DNA of 64,000 nucleotides. Source: Cyanidioschyzon merolae (lineage: Eukaryota). The position numbers and the translations under genes are program-made. Below the pieces are notes generated by a model. It saw only the letters and a list, made by a program, of their open reading frames with translations, searched no databases and had not been told where the DNA came from. The DNA lies in the NCBI GenBank assembly GCA_000091205.1, contig AP006501.2. One strand, written 5' to 3'. Position 1 is the first letter of the stretch. Each line of letters starts with the position of its first letter. Below, piece after piece: positions 1 to 12,200 of the stretch.

Positions 1-1062
1 CATCTTGTCGCGGGTCACCGAATACGCGATCGCGATCAGCATCAAAACGAGCATCTATGATACTGCACCGGATTTTCAAATAACACGGCTCACATTGCAG
101 TCTTCGCTTGGGCATAATGGTTCCCTGGAACGACCATCCGCGTGCCGAGCGTACCATGGGTGCCCAGAGCGGCGCTTAGAATGCTGGTTCGTATGCTGCA
201 CCAAGACGAAACGACTTTGGCGTACTCTTGAGGTCCTCGGCTCGAGGGCGAACCCCCGGGTACCTCGTCGTCAGGCAACGGAGCCATGACCACTCGATTT
301 GCGACGCGGTCGTAGCTGCTCTGACACGCTGACGCATCGAACGGAGCGTATGGTAGCGATCCCAGTGCCAATGGAACCGAAGCTGCTCGAGTGCCGCGCG
401 ACTACGCGAGCTTTCATGGTGGACCACGGGCTGCTGGTGCGCGCTGTTGTTTTCGGGCCCGAAGAGAATTCATTGATTGGTGCATTGCGTTCCTTTTTAA
501 CAACGAGTCCGTTCCTCTATATTTCCAGCGAGAATTGGCGCTGCGAGATGGTTTCTTTTGAACAGCTCTCTTGAATCAGGCCGAGCTCGGTTGGCCCAAT
601 CGCTCCCCGGAAAATGAAGGACGCTTCGATGCGGCCCCCGGTTCTGGTGCTGCGGTGAAATCGTCTGCGGCTGCAGAACCGGCCGTAGACACCATTGTGA
701 AGCCCAGTAACCAGCGCTGGCGTCGTTCAAAACTCAATGGACATAAAGATACAGGGTCGTGTCACCGGTCTGATGGTAGTGCTTTCCAAAATGCGTCGCG
801 AGGTCGAGACTCACCTGTAGCAACTCCTTGGCATCACGAGAAGCATGGATCTCGCGGAGCGTCTGGCCTCGGGTGACGGCTGTAACGGACGCACATCCAT
901 CGCAACTGGTGCAGATGGATCCAGCGGACGCGTATCCTTGGCCTGAGGCCATCGGCGCGCGCCTCGCACTGTTGCCGAGTCATCCTCGGCATCGGTATGC
1001 ATGTCCACTGACGTCCGGGTCTTGAGGGCGAACCTGTGCGGCAGTACGCGCAGCACAACCGC

Positions 1063-1584
1063 TCAAGTAGCCGGCTGAAGCCGGATACAGTGATCCAGAC
1101 TCCCGTCGCAACCGCTGTAGTAGTAGCGTATCGCTTGTCTGCCCGTTGCATACGCACACGATACGCGTCCGTCAAAACAGAAGAAATACTCGCTTCCCGA
1201 GCGCAGCACCGACACCGTCAAGTTGTACTGCCGCGTATCGGGTAAATCAATAGCTTCTTCCAGCCCCAGTACGAGCAAGTTGCATCCCCCGGAGGCTGTG
1301 TATGAACAGTTCCGAAACTCCGCCGAGCTAGAGCTTTCCGCTGCACACGCGAGCTCCGTCTTCGTGCAGTGCAGGTCCCAGGTGTCAAAGTTCAGGTGCG
1401 AGTCGGGTAAGGCAAACGTCGTGACGTTCGCGTCCGACAGACGCAAAAGCGTCAAGTCCTGTTCCGTCAGGGAATCAAAAAAAGGCAACACTGGGCGCGC
1501 TCCTTCAATATGAGTACATAAAAAGCTCAGAAAAAACACCAAGTAAACCGTAATTATCGCAAAGCGTCCAATATGCCTATGCAT
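1063..1584 (-). CDS. hypothetical small secreted/membrane Cys-containing protein (173 aa)
   Basis: Complete ORF whose ATG I verified at 1582-1584 (cat on the + strand). It has an N-terminal hydrophobic segment (IITVYLVFFLSFLC). I recognise no homology. Confidence 0.2.
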   Translation of the reverse strand: MHRHIGRFAIITVYLVFFLSFLCTHIEGARPVLPFFDSLTEQDLTLLRLSDANVTTFALPDSHLNFDTWDLHCTKTELACAAESSSSAEFRNCSYTASGGCNLLVLGLEEAIDLPDTRQYNLTVSVLRSGSEYFFCFDGRVSCAYATGRQAIRYYYSGCDGSLDHCIRLQPAT

Positions 1585-2399
1585 GATACGCTATACGTGC
1601 ACAAGTCAAATGAATTCGATCGTCAAGACCAATATCGTGTACGCAATGGATCCGAAACAATGCACCACGAAAGGCGCTCTCGATACATGGCACGCTCAGG
1701 CGCCCAATTTGGTACCACGCGATCCGAGCACGCGCGGAGGCGTCCCCCACGGATCGGCGTCCTGCATTTGTCGAGACGCCACGAAACGAATGGGCGCACT
1801 CGTTGCAGGACAATTTTGTGATCGTGGACACGGGCGAGGCGTGCGTCGCGGATCGCCTGGGACCCTCAGTCGAATGCGTGCGTGTGGTGTGTGGGTTCAG
1901 GTTGTGATCGTCGACACGGGCGATTTTTGGAGCGAGAATTTATACGCACCAGGGATCCCTGATTGCGCGATAGAACGTCAGCGATCGGGAACGCGTCCGT
2001 CGATCCGCCAGCCCCCGAGTTCCAGTGTCCCTAGTAGACCGCGCGGGGTTTCTGATCATTTCGTTGATTCCTCTGTGCGCCGAGTCTGCGATGAGTGCCC
2101 GTGATGGCAGGTGTAGCGTCGGTGCGGACGCTGCACGGAGATGCAGTCGTTTTTTGCCATGCCCGTTAGGGCATCGTCTTGAGGTGTCGTGCACTCGAAA
2201 AGGGAGTCGGGTCTCTCTCCTTCGAACTGTTATCGAAGCGTGTGCGTGTGCAGACCTGATTTCGCGGGACAAGACGTGGGAGACAACTCGTTCGTTCACG
2301 TAAATGCATGGCGGAAACGAGTTACGCCTCTGCAGTCGTGTGTGGAATGAGTTGACGGCACGTGATGCGGGCCCATACGGCGCATTCGACCTGTGTGAA

Positions 2400-2880
2400 G
2401 CTACACGGTTCGCTGGACTTGCGTTCTGATGCGTTTCGCTGGACTCCGCACCTAAAAGGCAGAATATGAGTTTGGTGGCCACCAGCGAGCGTTGCGACTC
2501 GGTTGGAGACCCGCGAGCGGCCAGGGCTACACCAGGCGTGAGCGGTCACCCGTCATCCTCGAAAGGAACATCCAGAAGCTGCAGTCCCTCGAAGAAGCAG
2601 CTGCCTTCCCTATGTTAACACAGGCACTGTAAGCGTGCCAGCGTTTCAGTGTTCCTGTCCCTACAGTAGGACCAGTGTGATTTCCCGTGTGCATGCAGCG
2701 TTCCGATACGGCATGAAGGCGGTGCTAGCCAGAACGCACCGACGCGCATGCTGGCGAGCCAGTGGCTAGCTCGAGCATGCTCCGGGGATTCCAGCACCTC
2801 CCACAAGCACTTGCGGGTCCATGCTAGGCCCTAGTCCCGGTACAGAGTCCAACTAGCGCTGAAGACTCGAATTTTTTTCT
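2400..2880 (+). repeat. dispersed repeat family 1, copy A (~480 bp, non-coding)
   Basis: Roughly 70% identical to 7485-7965. Shared blocks include ttcgctggac...gagtttg...actcggtt.gagacc, gcactgtaagc, cagtgtgatt.cc, ggtgct.gccagaa, attccagc.cctcccac.ag.acttgc and tcccggta.agagtc.a. The segment has no coherent ORF. Confidence 0.55.
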
Positions 2881-4023
2881 TCTTTGGTGTTCCCACTGTT
2901 TTTCTTGGACCATACATTGGAGTCGTCGTGAGCCTTCCCTGTTCATGAGAGAACGATTGGAGGCTATCCTCGGCGAGGAGCCGCTTCGTTCAAACCTGCA
3001 TCGATCTTGCCCAGGTACTCTTGTAATGCTTTGGAGCAGATATAGTGATTCGGTCGAAGCAGATGCGCGTGCTGGGGTGGTATAGTCCAAATGCACACTC
3101 GGCACTTGGTCGCCATCGCATCTATCTAAGGTCCATTTAGTTCACGTCCAAGCGCTAGGGAACCGGGCGTTGGGCTCTGTACCGAGCATCCTGCCATGAT
3201 TCGTATCGTCCTGCTGGCAGCGGTCTGTATACACGAAGCGATTGCGGGGTTCAGGGCGGACCACGAGGCGCCCCAGGTCGCTGCCTGTACGTTACACGTC
3301 CCGAATGCCGTGGTACAGCTGCATGCGGACACCGCGAGGTCCGGCAGGATGTACGATACACGTCCTGAATACCCTGGTACAGCTGAATACGGACATCGCG
3401 GGGTCAGACAGCAGCATGCGCGCGAGCGCTATGCACCTCTTCATCTTGATGATCATCTCGCCCAGATGCTCGATAGCAACCGGCGTCGATACTAGGCAAA
3501 CTCTCCGGTTACAGGCGGCTTTCGGAATTTCCTTCCCATAGGCAAGCGCCACGAGCGGTCGCGGAAACGCTGTGAATGGCCGTGAGTGACCATGACCCGG
3601 AACTTGGATGCATCGATATCCATCTCTCGACGATCTGCCTAGGCACTGACTTGTTGCATTCTTTCAGCGAATGCTTCCGGGCACGGCGCCAGCAATACGA
3701 CAGCATCAATGAGTACGAGCCTCGCGATGCAGTCTTCATAACGATGCCCCTCTTGATCCCTGTATTATGGATCTCCGAGGTCCATCCACTGAAGCTCCGT
3801 TCCGCATTGCCAGCACCGATCTCGATGACTGGCCTTGAAGGTATTTTGAAAAAGCGCGGGGGTGCCGGACCGCCCTCAAACATTCCTCGACAAGCGCGCG
3901 CTCCCGATGCGCACGATCGCTCCAAAGCCGAAACGACGATGTGCGTACTCGCGTTTCTCCTTCGAAACCGGCTGGGACTTGCATGTGCGCTCCCAATCGC
4001 TTGAGCGGCATCATCCCCAGCAT

Positions 4024-5181
4024 ATGATAAGCGACAAACCCGCAGCAGTGGTAGACTTTGGTACAGGCTATGTGAAAGCTGGCTTCGCAGGCGACACGAA
4101 GCCTCGGGTTGTCCTCCCGAACTGTGTCGGACGTCCGTTCGCAAAGGCCGCAGCCGAGCCTTTTGTTGCCCGGAGCGGCGGCAGTGCGCTCGTCGTTGGA
4201 GACCAGGCGCTCAATAAGCGAGCGACAGGCCTCGCCCTCACATACCCGCTGCAGAATGGAATCGTCCAGGACTGGGAAGCCGCAGAAGCCGTATGGTCGC
4301 ATCTCTTCAGCGTGGAACTTGGGATAGACCCGCAACAGCACCCGGTGCTCTGTACCGAGGCTCCACTCAACCCGCGACGCAATCGAGAACAACTCGCAAC
4401 ACTTGTCTTTGAAGCGTTTGGTGTACCTGCTTTCTTCATGGTCGTTCAGGCGGTGCTCGCGCTTTACGCAACCGGTCGAACCACGGGTGCTGTGTTGGAC
4501 CTCGGCGACGGGGTCACCCATGTCGTTCCGGTTTACGACGGATACTGTCTACCACACGCGGTGCGGCGTTTGAACCTCGCCGGACGCGACCTAACAGACT
4601 TGGCAGCAAAGCTTCTCAATAGCGAGTGCGGTTTATCGACGCATAGTCGACCTTCTGTGGTGCGAGAGATCGCACGACAAGTCAAAGAGCAGCATTGTTA
4701 TGTTGCTCCCGATTGGGAAGCCGAGAACCACCGCTTTCAGCAGGATCCAGACGCATTTCTCCGTCGCTATCTCCTTCCTGATGGGCAAGAGTTAGCGTTC
4801 AAAGAGTTGAGGTTTACGGTTCCGGAGTGTTTGTTTCAGCCGGCGCTCATGGGTATGGATGCGCCTGGCATTCACGAGCTGCTCTTGGACGCCATCCAGA
4901 AATGCGACGTCGATCTGCGACGCAGCCTCTACGGCGGTATTGTGCTGAGTGGTGGTTCCAGCCTGTTTCCCGGCTTACCGGAGCGCCTCCACGCTGAGCT
5001 TGCAAAGCAGATTCCCGGCGCTGGGGTCCAAACCAAGATCGTAGCAGGGCCTGATCGCCGGTTTGCGGTGTTTCAGGGTGGTGCAGTGCTTGCCGGACTC
5101 GATACTTTCGAGCAGATGTGGATTACACGTGCCGAATACGATGAATTCGGGCCGCAGATTGTTCATCGAAAATGCCTGTAG
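4024..5181 (+). CDS. actin-family protein (divergent actin / Arp1-like), 385 aa
   Basis: First ATG verified at 4024 (MISDKPAAVVDFGTGYVKAGFAGD). Actin phosphate-binding loops are present (VDFGTGYVKAGFAGD, LDLGDGVTHVVPVYDGY). The C-terminus is actin-like (MWITRAEYDEFGPQIVHRKCL). It aligns along the whole length of actin at roughly 45-50% identity by eye. Confidence 0.8.
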   Translation: MISDKPAAVVDFGTGYVKAGFAGDTKPRVVLPNCVGRPFAKAAAEPFVARSGGSALVVGDQALNKRATGLALTYPLQNGIVQDWEAAEAVWSHLFSVELGIDPQQHPVLCTEAPLNPRRNREQLATLVFEAFGVPAFFMVVQAVLALYATGRTTGAVLDLGDGVTHVVPVYDGYCLPHAVRRLNLAGRDLTDLAAKLLNSECGLSTHSRPSVVREIARQVKEQHCYVAPDWEAENHRFQQDPDAFLRRYLLPDGQELAFKELRFTVPECLFQPALMGMDAPGIHELLLDAIQKCDVDLRRSLYGGIVLSGGSSLFPGLPERLHAELAKQIPGAGVQTKIVAGPDRRFAVFQGGAVLAGLDTFEQMWITRAEYDEFGPQIVHRKCL

Positions 5182-5799
5182 AAGAGCCTGTCTTGAAGTT
5201 TCCGCTATTGCTTCATACCGGGAGCGGGCATCTTTGAACAAGCGTTTCGATACCAGTCAACATGCGGAGACCTCGATGAAGCGCACCGCACGCTGAACGG
5301 TGCTTCTGACGACGAATCCTCGCTTCGACGTGGAGCGCTGCTGCAGGCTGCTGCATGTCGACAAGTGGTGCAATCTATCGGACGTTGTGTGCAGAGGCGC
5401 GTCACGAGCCCAGTGCGCAACTGCACGCGCCTAGCAAGATGCGCATTCGCGTGCTCGAAAGCTTTCCTCCCAGAAGCGTTTCATCCAGGATCTTGTCAGG
5501 CAACTGGAACATCAGAAGCGCAGCGTCGGATTCGTCATCGAGAGTTCGGCACAGAAATCAGGCTCCAGCAGCCGGGTACTTTGGGTGATTCGCCTACGTG
5601 AGTGCCTGTCAGCGTTCGTGCCTACCAGCTCATCTGCGTGTCTATCTAGCCTACGTGTCTAGCCTACGTGTCTGTCTTCATGCGTGCACGCATGCACGCT
5701 TATTATGGAATGCAACATCCATACCTGTGGTCCAAATTCTAGTCAGACTTGCGCAAACAATTGCCATGGACATGAATGTCAGATTCAAGCAGGTTCTCT

Positions 5800-7104
5800 C
5801 TAGATGAAGATATACAGCAAAAACTCAAGGTAGAATACGTTCCATATTCCCTTGTAGTACGTTCGCAACGCTTCGAGGTTCTCTGGTCCCAGGCGCATCA
5901 AGCGCCCATGAACCTGCGTTAAAAAGTACCAGCTCAATGCTAAATGTCCGAAACCGAAAACCCAGACGCGAAAGTGAAACCGAGCCTCCGGCATTAAGGA
6001 TATAGCTGCAACGCCTACGAGCATGGAAGAGAGCGTTGCTGACGCCATACGCGCCACCTTGGCGACGCCCAGCCTACTCGCAAACGTCGGCACCTGATGC
6101 AGTCGGTCACCGTGCACGTCCGGTAGGTCTTTGGTGACCGCGATGACCCCCGCAAACACCGACATGATCATAATGAACAGACGCAGCGCTGGTGTCCAGG
6201 AAAGATTCAGACGGAGCGCCTCTTTGGTGGCGACGTAGACTCCGATGTTCAACAAAAGACCACGGACACAGGCAATGGTGAGCGCAGCCAACAACGGCAC
6301 GTTACGCCATCGAAAGGGAGGTACGCTGTACAGCGCGCCTATCGTCGTACCGACTAGATAAAGACCTAGAATCGTGCGAGAGAAATGGCGGTAAACGATC
6401 CACACGCCCAGCGCGATGGATGCGATACAGAGCATCCATGCTTGCTTGGTCGTCATCATCCCAGCCGCCAGCGGTAAAAAAGGTTTATTGACGCGGTCCA
6501 CGTCACGGTCATAGATTTGATTGATGCCAACAATAAACGCGTTGCCGAGCACGAGAGCAAAGATTCCCCAGAGAGCCTTGGGCACCAGCGTCCAGTCCAG
6601 ACTCACTAGGATACCCGTAAGCGTTCCGAGAAACTCGGACCCCAGCCTCCCTGCCGGAACGAGACTTCCAGCTGATGATTTCGACCGTGCCAACAGCTGT
6701 TCCCTAGAGTCTATAATAGCGCGAATGCAGCCGGTTAACGCAGCGAGAAAGGTCCCTCGCACGGTGTGCGGTCGAGTGAACGCGTACAACGCTGCGAACC
6801 GTCGTTCAAACGAAAGCCACAGCTGCGCAGATCCGTTTTTATCCCCTACTTGGTCAATGTGTCCCTCTCGTGCTACACTAAGACCGGCACTGGCACCGGT
6901 TCCGGCACTCGCGTTGCCAGACTCGGACGCGGGCGCACTTGCGTAGAGCCGACGCAGTACGTCTCCGCTCCGTTTTGGTGTAGTGCGACACGCGAACCTC
7001 ACTTGGTCGCCACAGAAACCTGCCCGTCGATGCAACTTAAGACCAACATGCTTCAGACCCGCTCGCTCGACCTGGAGGCAACGTCCGCTCACGGCAAGGA
7101 ACAT
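5800..7104 (-). CDS. UbiA-family homogentisate prenyltransferase (phytyl/solanesyl-transferase-like; tocopherol or plastoquinone biosynthesis), 434 aa
   Basis: ATG verified at 7104. It carries the UbiA Asp-rich motif in the HPT/HST form NQIYDRDVDRVNKPFLPLAAG. The downstream half is multi-pass hydrophobic, and the ~150-aa N-terminal extension fits an organellar presequence. Confidence 0.7.
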   Translation of the reverse strand: MFLAVSGRCLQVERAGLKHVGLKLHRRAGFCGDQVRFACRTTPKRSGDVLRRLYASAPASESGNASAGTGASAGLSVAREGHIDQVGDKNGSAQLWLSFERRFAALYAFTRPHTVRGTFLAALTGCIRAIIDSREQLLARSKSSAGSLVPAGRLGSEFLGTLTGILVSLDWTLVPKALWGIFALVLGNAFIVGINQIYDRDVDRVNKPFLPLAAGMMTTKQAWMLCIASIALGVWIVYRHFSRTILGLYLVGTTIGALYSVPPFRWRNVPLLAALTIACVRGLLLNIGVYVATKEALRLNLSWTPALRLFIMIMSVFAGVIAVTKDLPDVHGDRLHQVPTFASRLGVAKVARMASATLSSMLVGVAAISLMPEARFHFRVWVFGFGHLALSWYFLTQVHGRLMRLGPENLEALRTYYKGIWNVFYLEFLLYIFI

Positions 7105-7484
7105 GAGCTTGACAAGCTCGTGTTCCCAGCGTCCCAGGGTATGCTGGCTGCGGGATCACGGTGAGCGCAGCGCGCCGCGCAGCGTCGGTGCGGGCGCTGC
7201 ATGTAGACAGAACGGCTTTTCTAGACTGCAGAGGGCGTTGGCTCGAGGGGTGCTTCACCCGACGTAGAGTCGGAATTCATCATCATGATACGATCAGAAA
7301 GTCTGCGGATGCAGGCTTGTCTTCGCTGCACGGCACGCTGGAGAAACTTGGTTGTTAGGATGAATTCTGGGAGCCGCCTCTCTCCTTCGTGCTCCTGCAA
7401 GGAATGCGTTGTTGTTGGTTGGCAATGCGGGTTTGTGGTTGACACCCACCCACAGTGGGTAGGCGCAGAAAGCGCACTGTGCCC

Positions 7485-7965
7485 GTGTACGCATCCGCTT
7501 CGCTGGACCTGCTGCCTAGAAGGTAGCATGTGAGTTTGTTCGCCACTCATGAGCGCTGAGACTCGGTTAGCGGACCATCAGTTGCCAGTGCTACACTCAA
7601 AGTGATTGTCCGGCCTTCGCCTATCACGGTGATGCCCAGCTGCTGGTGTCCTTCAAGCAGCTCGCTGCGCTCCTGCTTCCAGCGCGGGCACTGTAAGCCT
7701 AACTATGTCAGCGTGTCGGGGATCTCGTTTCCACAGCAGGGACAGTGTGATTCCCAGAGTGATTCCAGTGTTCCTATGCGGCTTAGAGCCGGTGCTGCTA
7801 GTCAGAAGCCACCAACGCGGATTTTCGCGAGCCACTGAGTACCTCGAGCAAGTCCCGGGAATTCCAGCGCCTCCCACCAGTACTTGCATGTGTATGCGAG
7901 GTTGTAGTTCCGGTATAGAGTCAAGCCAGCGTCTCGACGCTTGCGCTTATCCGCGTCTGCTGTAG
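7485..7965 (+). repeat. dispersed repeat family 1, copy B
   Basis: Homologous to 2400-2880 in the same orientation. It lies upstream of the homogentisate prenyltransferase start codon. Confidence 0.55.
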
Positions 7966-8552
7966 ACCACGGATGCGATTTCTGGACACAAAATTATGGC
8001 TTGGAGGCAAGTGCTCTAGCTTTGGACATGGCTATGTACGCACAGACGCCGCCCCTTGTCATGAATTGCAGGATTCTTTGTGTTCCGGGTAAGCGCGATC
8101 CTCACCATAACGTACCGGTCACTCCACTCCCGGGTTCAGCGGTATCTGCAATGACGCGGATACCGGGACAGCACGCTGCACAACAATGCGACGCATCGCT
8201 GTTGGTATCTGTCGACAGCCAGTGCTGCGCATGCACTACTTGTATGAGCGCTCGCAAAATGAAAGCCACCCCCTGCGTCAGCCGGATACGGCCACGGGAT
8301 GTACTGTTTAGGAAAAGAGGTCGTTCGTATCCGGTTATGGTTCTCCATCCGATCTGGGTCGCGATCGCAGCTTCCAGAATTCCGCGCCCTACAAAGCTAT
8401 GATGTCCTGGAATCGCTGGAATGAATTTCGTCAATTGGCTCCACAGCACAAAACCAATCGTTTTTTTCAGCATCCCGCAGCACGATCGAACCATTCGAAG
8501 ATACCGTACAGATACACCTGTCTGGTGCCGAACGTGTCCGAGACGTTACGCC

Positions 8553-9284
8553 TCAGACCAGTGCGTAGAGTACTGTGAGGTTTTCGAGTGCGGCCCTCAT
8601 GCCTGGCGGGATCGACTCATGATGCGAGACGTCAGAATACGTCCATACCGAACTCAGCACTGACAGCGTGATCAGCAGCGCGACCCAGAAGCGCCAATCA
8701 CGAGAAACCTCTCTCCAGGTAGGTGTTCTCGCTCTAAACTGCGACCATAGTTGGCGCACTCGGGCAGAGCTGCGTGTCCAGACGGTTGGCGCCGGCCGTT
8801 CCCGGGGCAGCTGGCTCCAGTCGATTTTTCCCTCACTCACGAACGCCTTCCATTCTTCGTTCCAGTCGATCAAGCTTTTTGGTACTTGATGTTGTGGATT
8901 GCGCTGTGGTATGCTTCCGCCGGTATTGCCGGTTTTATCGGCAGGCGCACCGCCTGCGTTCGAGTTGTCCTCGGACTCGTGCCGCGCTCTATCCGGCTGT
9001 CCAGCCAGGCACGTGAGCAGTCGTCTTCGTTCTTGCACACCGTGACAGGCGACTCTGCGGGGCAACGCAAAGCGTGCTCCAGACGTTGAGCGAGTAGCGC
9101 TGCGGTTGCGGGCCCGCTGCGCCAGCGCAGGCGCTGGTGGTGAAGGGCGCGCGACCAGGAACCGCACGCTCGAGCTCGCTCCCGTCGTAAACGCAACCGA
9201 GCGCTCCGGGTTCCGCGAACACTCCTGCCCAAACGTTACCTCTTGACCCTGAGTACTCATCCGCCGAAACGTGTGCAACTTCAT
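8553..9284 (-). CDS. hypothetical protein with C-terminal transmembrane anchor (243 aa)
   Basis: ATG verified at 9282-9284. There is a C-terminal hydrophobic stretch (WVALLITLSVLSSVWTY). No family is recognised and the composition is basic and Arg-rich, so the gene call is weak. Confidence 0.2.
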   Translation of the reverse strand: MKLHTFRRMSTQGQEVTFGQECSRNPERSVAFTTGASSSVRFLVARPSPPAPALAQRARNRSATRSTSGARFALPRRVACHGVQERRRLLTCLAGQPDRARHESEDNSNAGGAPADKTGNTGGSIPQRNPQHQVPKSLIDWNEEWKAFVSEGKIDWSQLPRERPAPTVWTRSSARVRQLWSQFRARTPTWREVSRDWRFWVALLITLSVLSSVWTYSDVSHHESIPPGMRAALENLTVLYALV

Positions 9285-12200
9285 CGATAAGCAGTTGCTG
9301 CGTGCGATCGCTGCAACGCTACACCAACGTACAGAGGTGAACGTCTATCATAGAATCTGACGCTACACACCAGTGCAGAGACTGATGCGTCCCAGGCGTT
9401 CGCGCGTTCGATCTCGAAAACGATGACTGTTATGTGCTGTTATATCCGTAGATGTCCAGCCAAAATTTTTTCAACTCGAGACTGCTCCACCCATTCTGTG
9501 GTGGATGGCAGGCGATCGACTCCACAATGCAATGTATCGTACAGATCATAGACGAAATCTCTCTAGGATGTATTCTGTGCGAAACTGTGCAAGGAGGACT
9601 GTATTTCTTGTTCAGGTGAGTCATATCATAGTGCTTAGATGGTTGAGGATTACTGAAAGGCACATGTAGATGCGCTTTGCGCAAAAAATATTATGAAAGA
9701 CTGCTCATCGTCAATGATAGAAAACGAACCGTTGATCAGCATATGGAAAGTAAAACCAACGATCGTAGACACAGCAAGTGTCTCTGTTTCTCAACAGCTT
9801 GTTCACGTGGTACTCAAAACACTGGGGTACAGTCACAACAAAGTCCGCGTTCACGCACGACTCTCTTCCACAGAAATCGCAGCGACAGCGTTCCTGAAAC
9901 GTCGCGATCGCTATGATACAGAGAAACGTCGGTTATTTTTTTCAGTGTATGAGACTTGCTTCAGAGGATACGGTCGGAACGTCCATGGGTATTTGCAGAG
10001 AGGGAGCCCGTTGTGTCTATGACCGAACTCGAAGAGATACAGGTTATCATCTTCTATTCTAGCAGCAGTGGATCCATTTGGTGGCCTCAGTTTCGCTTGT
10101 AAAGAAGTCTCGTAGAACAGCAGCAATGCTGTCGACTCGTTAAAGACTTTTCCCCGGACCTCTGGCGACGTTCTTCTACTGTACAACGTAGAATTTCAGC
10201 ATTCACTTTGCGTTTGGGCTTTTCCGGATTCTATCGGGGTGCAGCTGCTTTTCACTCTTCCGTCCTCTCCGAGATTCAACGCTATAAAGAGGAGTGGTTT
10301 CTATGGTGAAACGCGTTGATCGGTCCATTGTACGAATCGCCGAGGCGTTCAGGACACGGTGACGCCAGGGCACATTTTGTCTGTCTGCCGCGAGTGCCTC
10401 TCCCGCTGCGAAATTCCTCACCCGAGTGCTTAAAGAGGTGCATTCATTTTCAAAAATAAAAATCCAAGAGAAGGCTATACACATGCAAACTGGGTATTCA
10501 GGAGTGCCATCATCACTGGATTTGACGAAGAAAACAGTAAACAAGGCCAATCCCAGAGGAACAGGAGAAGACCAAGAAGCACAAGCCGGAGGCCTGACGT
10601 CAATGGCCGCAAGAAGGACCACAGTACAACGAGATCGTAGTGAAAACCTGTCTTTTCGGGTATTTCGAGGATCCGTGCAAACAAAAGTTGCGAAATGGCC
10701 ATCAGAAACCGTGTCGAGTCGTGCGCCATGAGTTTTATGGACGCCTCTTCAGGCCGAATGCATTTGGTTAAGGTCATGCAACGCGACGTGACGGGCATCA
10801 AAATGGGCGAGGTTCCAGTGGAGTCTCTCGACCAGATCTTCATTCGCCACTTGATGTTTCGCACAGGGCAAACGTCGAGGAGAAATGAACGAGTGCATGC
10901 CATTCACGAAAATGACGCCGAATATCGCTTCGACGGTGCTCGACACAAGCTTGACTCGTGTATTTAAGAATACGGGGCGATCAAGTACCTCATGAACCCG
11001 AAGAACCATTTGACTATGACCCTTGAACGCATCATCATACGCTTCATGTTTGCACTCTACCCGGGCCACTCTCGCATCGGGACATGGGCCATCATCATCG
11101 GCATTACGAACGATCGCCAGCATGAACGGGAGATCGAATTCATCGACAAGAAGACACCGCGCAGGAGAAAGAATGAGGACTCTGTGATCTGTGCCGCTAT
11201 TCAAGAGCACCGTGCGGTCTTGGGGCTGGTCAATCCAGCAGAATAGGTATCCGATATGAAAAAGAAAGATGTTATCCTCTCATCCTGCGTTATTTCGTGT
11301 TTCTGAGTCGAGAACTCGAATGCAAAGCCGAAATATAGCAGAGTGTGGGAAAAATAGTGACGGGGAAACGGAAGGCTGCGCTTCTGGGGAAACGCTTCAA
11401 CGTGGTTCCAATGTGCAACATCAAGTCACATATCGTGACTATCTACTCCAGAGTCCTGCACGGCATCATGAGGCAGCTCTACCCGGAGTTCAATCGACGG
11501 AAGATAGAGCTCACCGGTGAAAACCGGGAGACTCATTGGAAGAGTATCTTCGATTGCAAACGTCTGAAAACGAGCAAGAAAAAGGTATTCGCGGGCAGGA
11601 TCGAGACCGATGGGGTCTCCATACGTGTACACTACCAGCGGTTGAAGGCGGGTCGTCCTATTGTGTCCACGGCTTCGCCGTGGCGAACCATGAAGATGAG
11701 AAGGAGGTGGATCCTGCGACGCAGTGACCTATCCCTGGATAGGTCACTGCGTCACTATCAACCCGAAGCACAAACCGAACACGAATATCCATGCACACAG
11801 ACGTCGCCAACGTTGCATTCTAACAGCAAGCATCCGAAGCGCAACCTCTTCATCATCATCGTAACACCCCGCGGTGTCTCGATTCGACACAGACCAGGCG
11901 TCGTTTTCATACTGGCGGTTGAGCGCAGCGACAGAGGCTTTTATGTTGCGTGCGAGACGCACCGAGGCCCGCAGCACCCATCCCCAGGGCGTGTACTGCA
12001 AAGCGAACTGTAAACCGCGCTGCGAGGCATCCGATGCGAAGCACCCGAACACAGGCCCCCGGCACCTGAGCACCCTGGAATCCGCTCAAATATGTCCAGT
12101 TCGAATCGGTACCTCTGGGTGCGCTCGCACCGACACCATGTACCCGTTGGGCAGCAGGATCCCCGCAGACACTCGTTTACGACCAGTATCTACGATAAAC

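Noticed and set aside
5-289. Possible + strand gene running in from before the window start (frame open from position 2 to 289)
   Set aside because: It is only ~96 codons, has no homology and a composition unlike protein, so it is probably chance.
3736-4521. 261-aa minus-strand ORF overlapping the actin-like gene, and similar antisense ORFs inside other strong genes (for example 6521-6946, 13356-13838, 25556-26164, 36525-37088, 32156-32866)
   Set aside because: These are antisense or alternate-frame ORFs inside homology-supported genes. Long spurious ORFs are expected in 60%-GC DNA.
12095-12110. tRNA T-loop-like strings (agttcgaatcgg at ~12098; ggttcgaatagg at ~25290)
   Set aside because: Neither has a matching A-box, acceptor stem or cloverleaf context, and the second lies inside the CstF77 coding sequence. 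I could not support any tRNA gene by eye.
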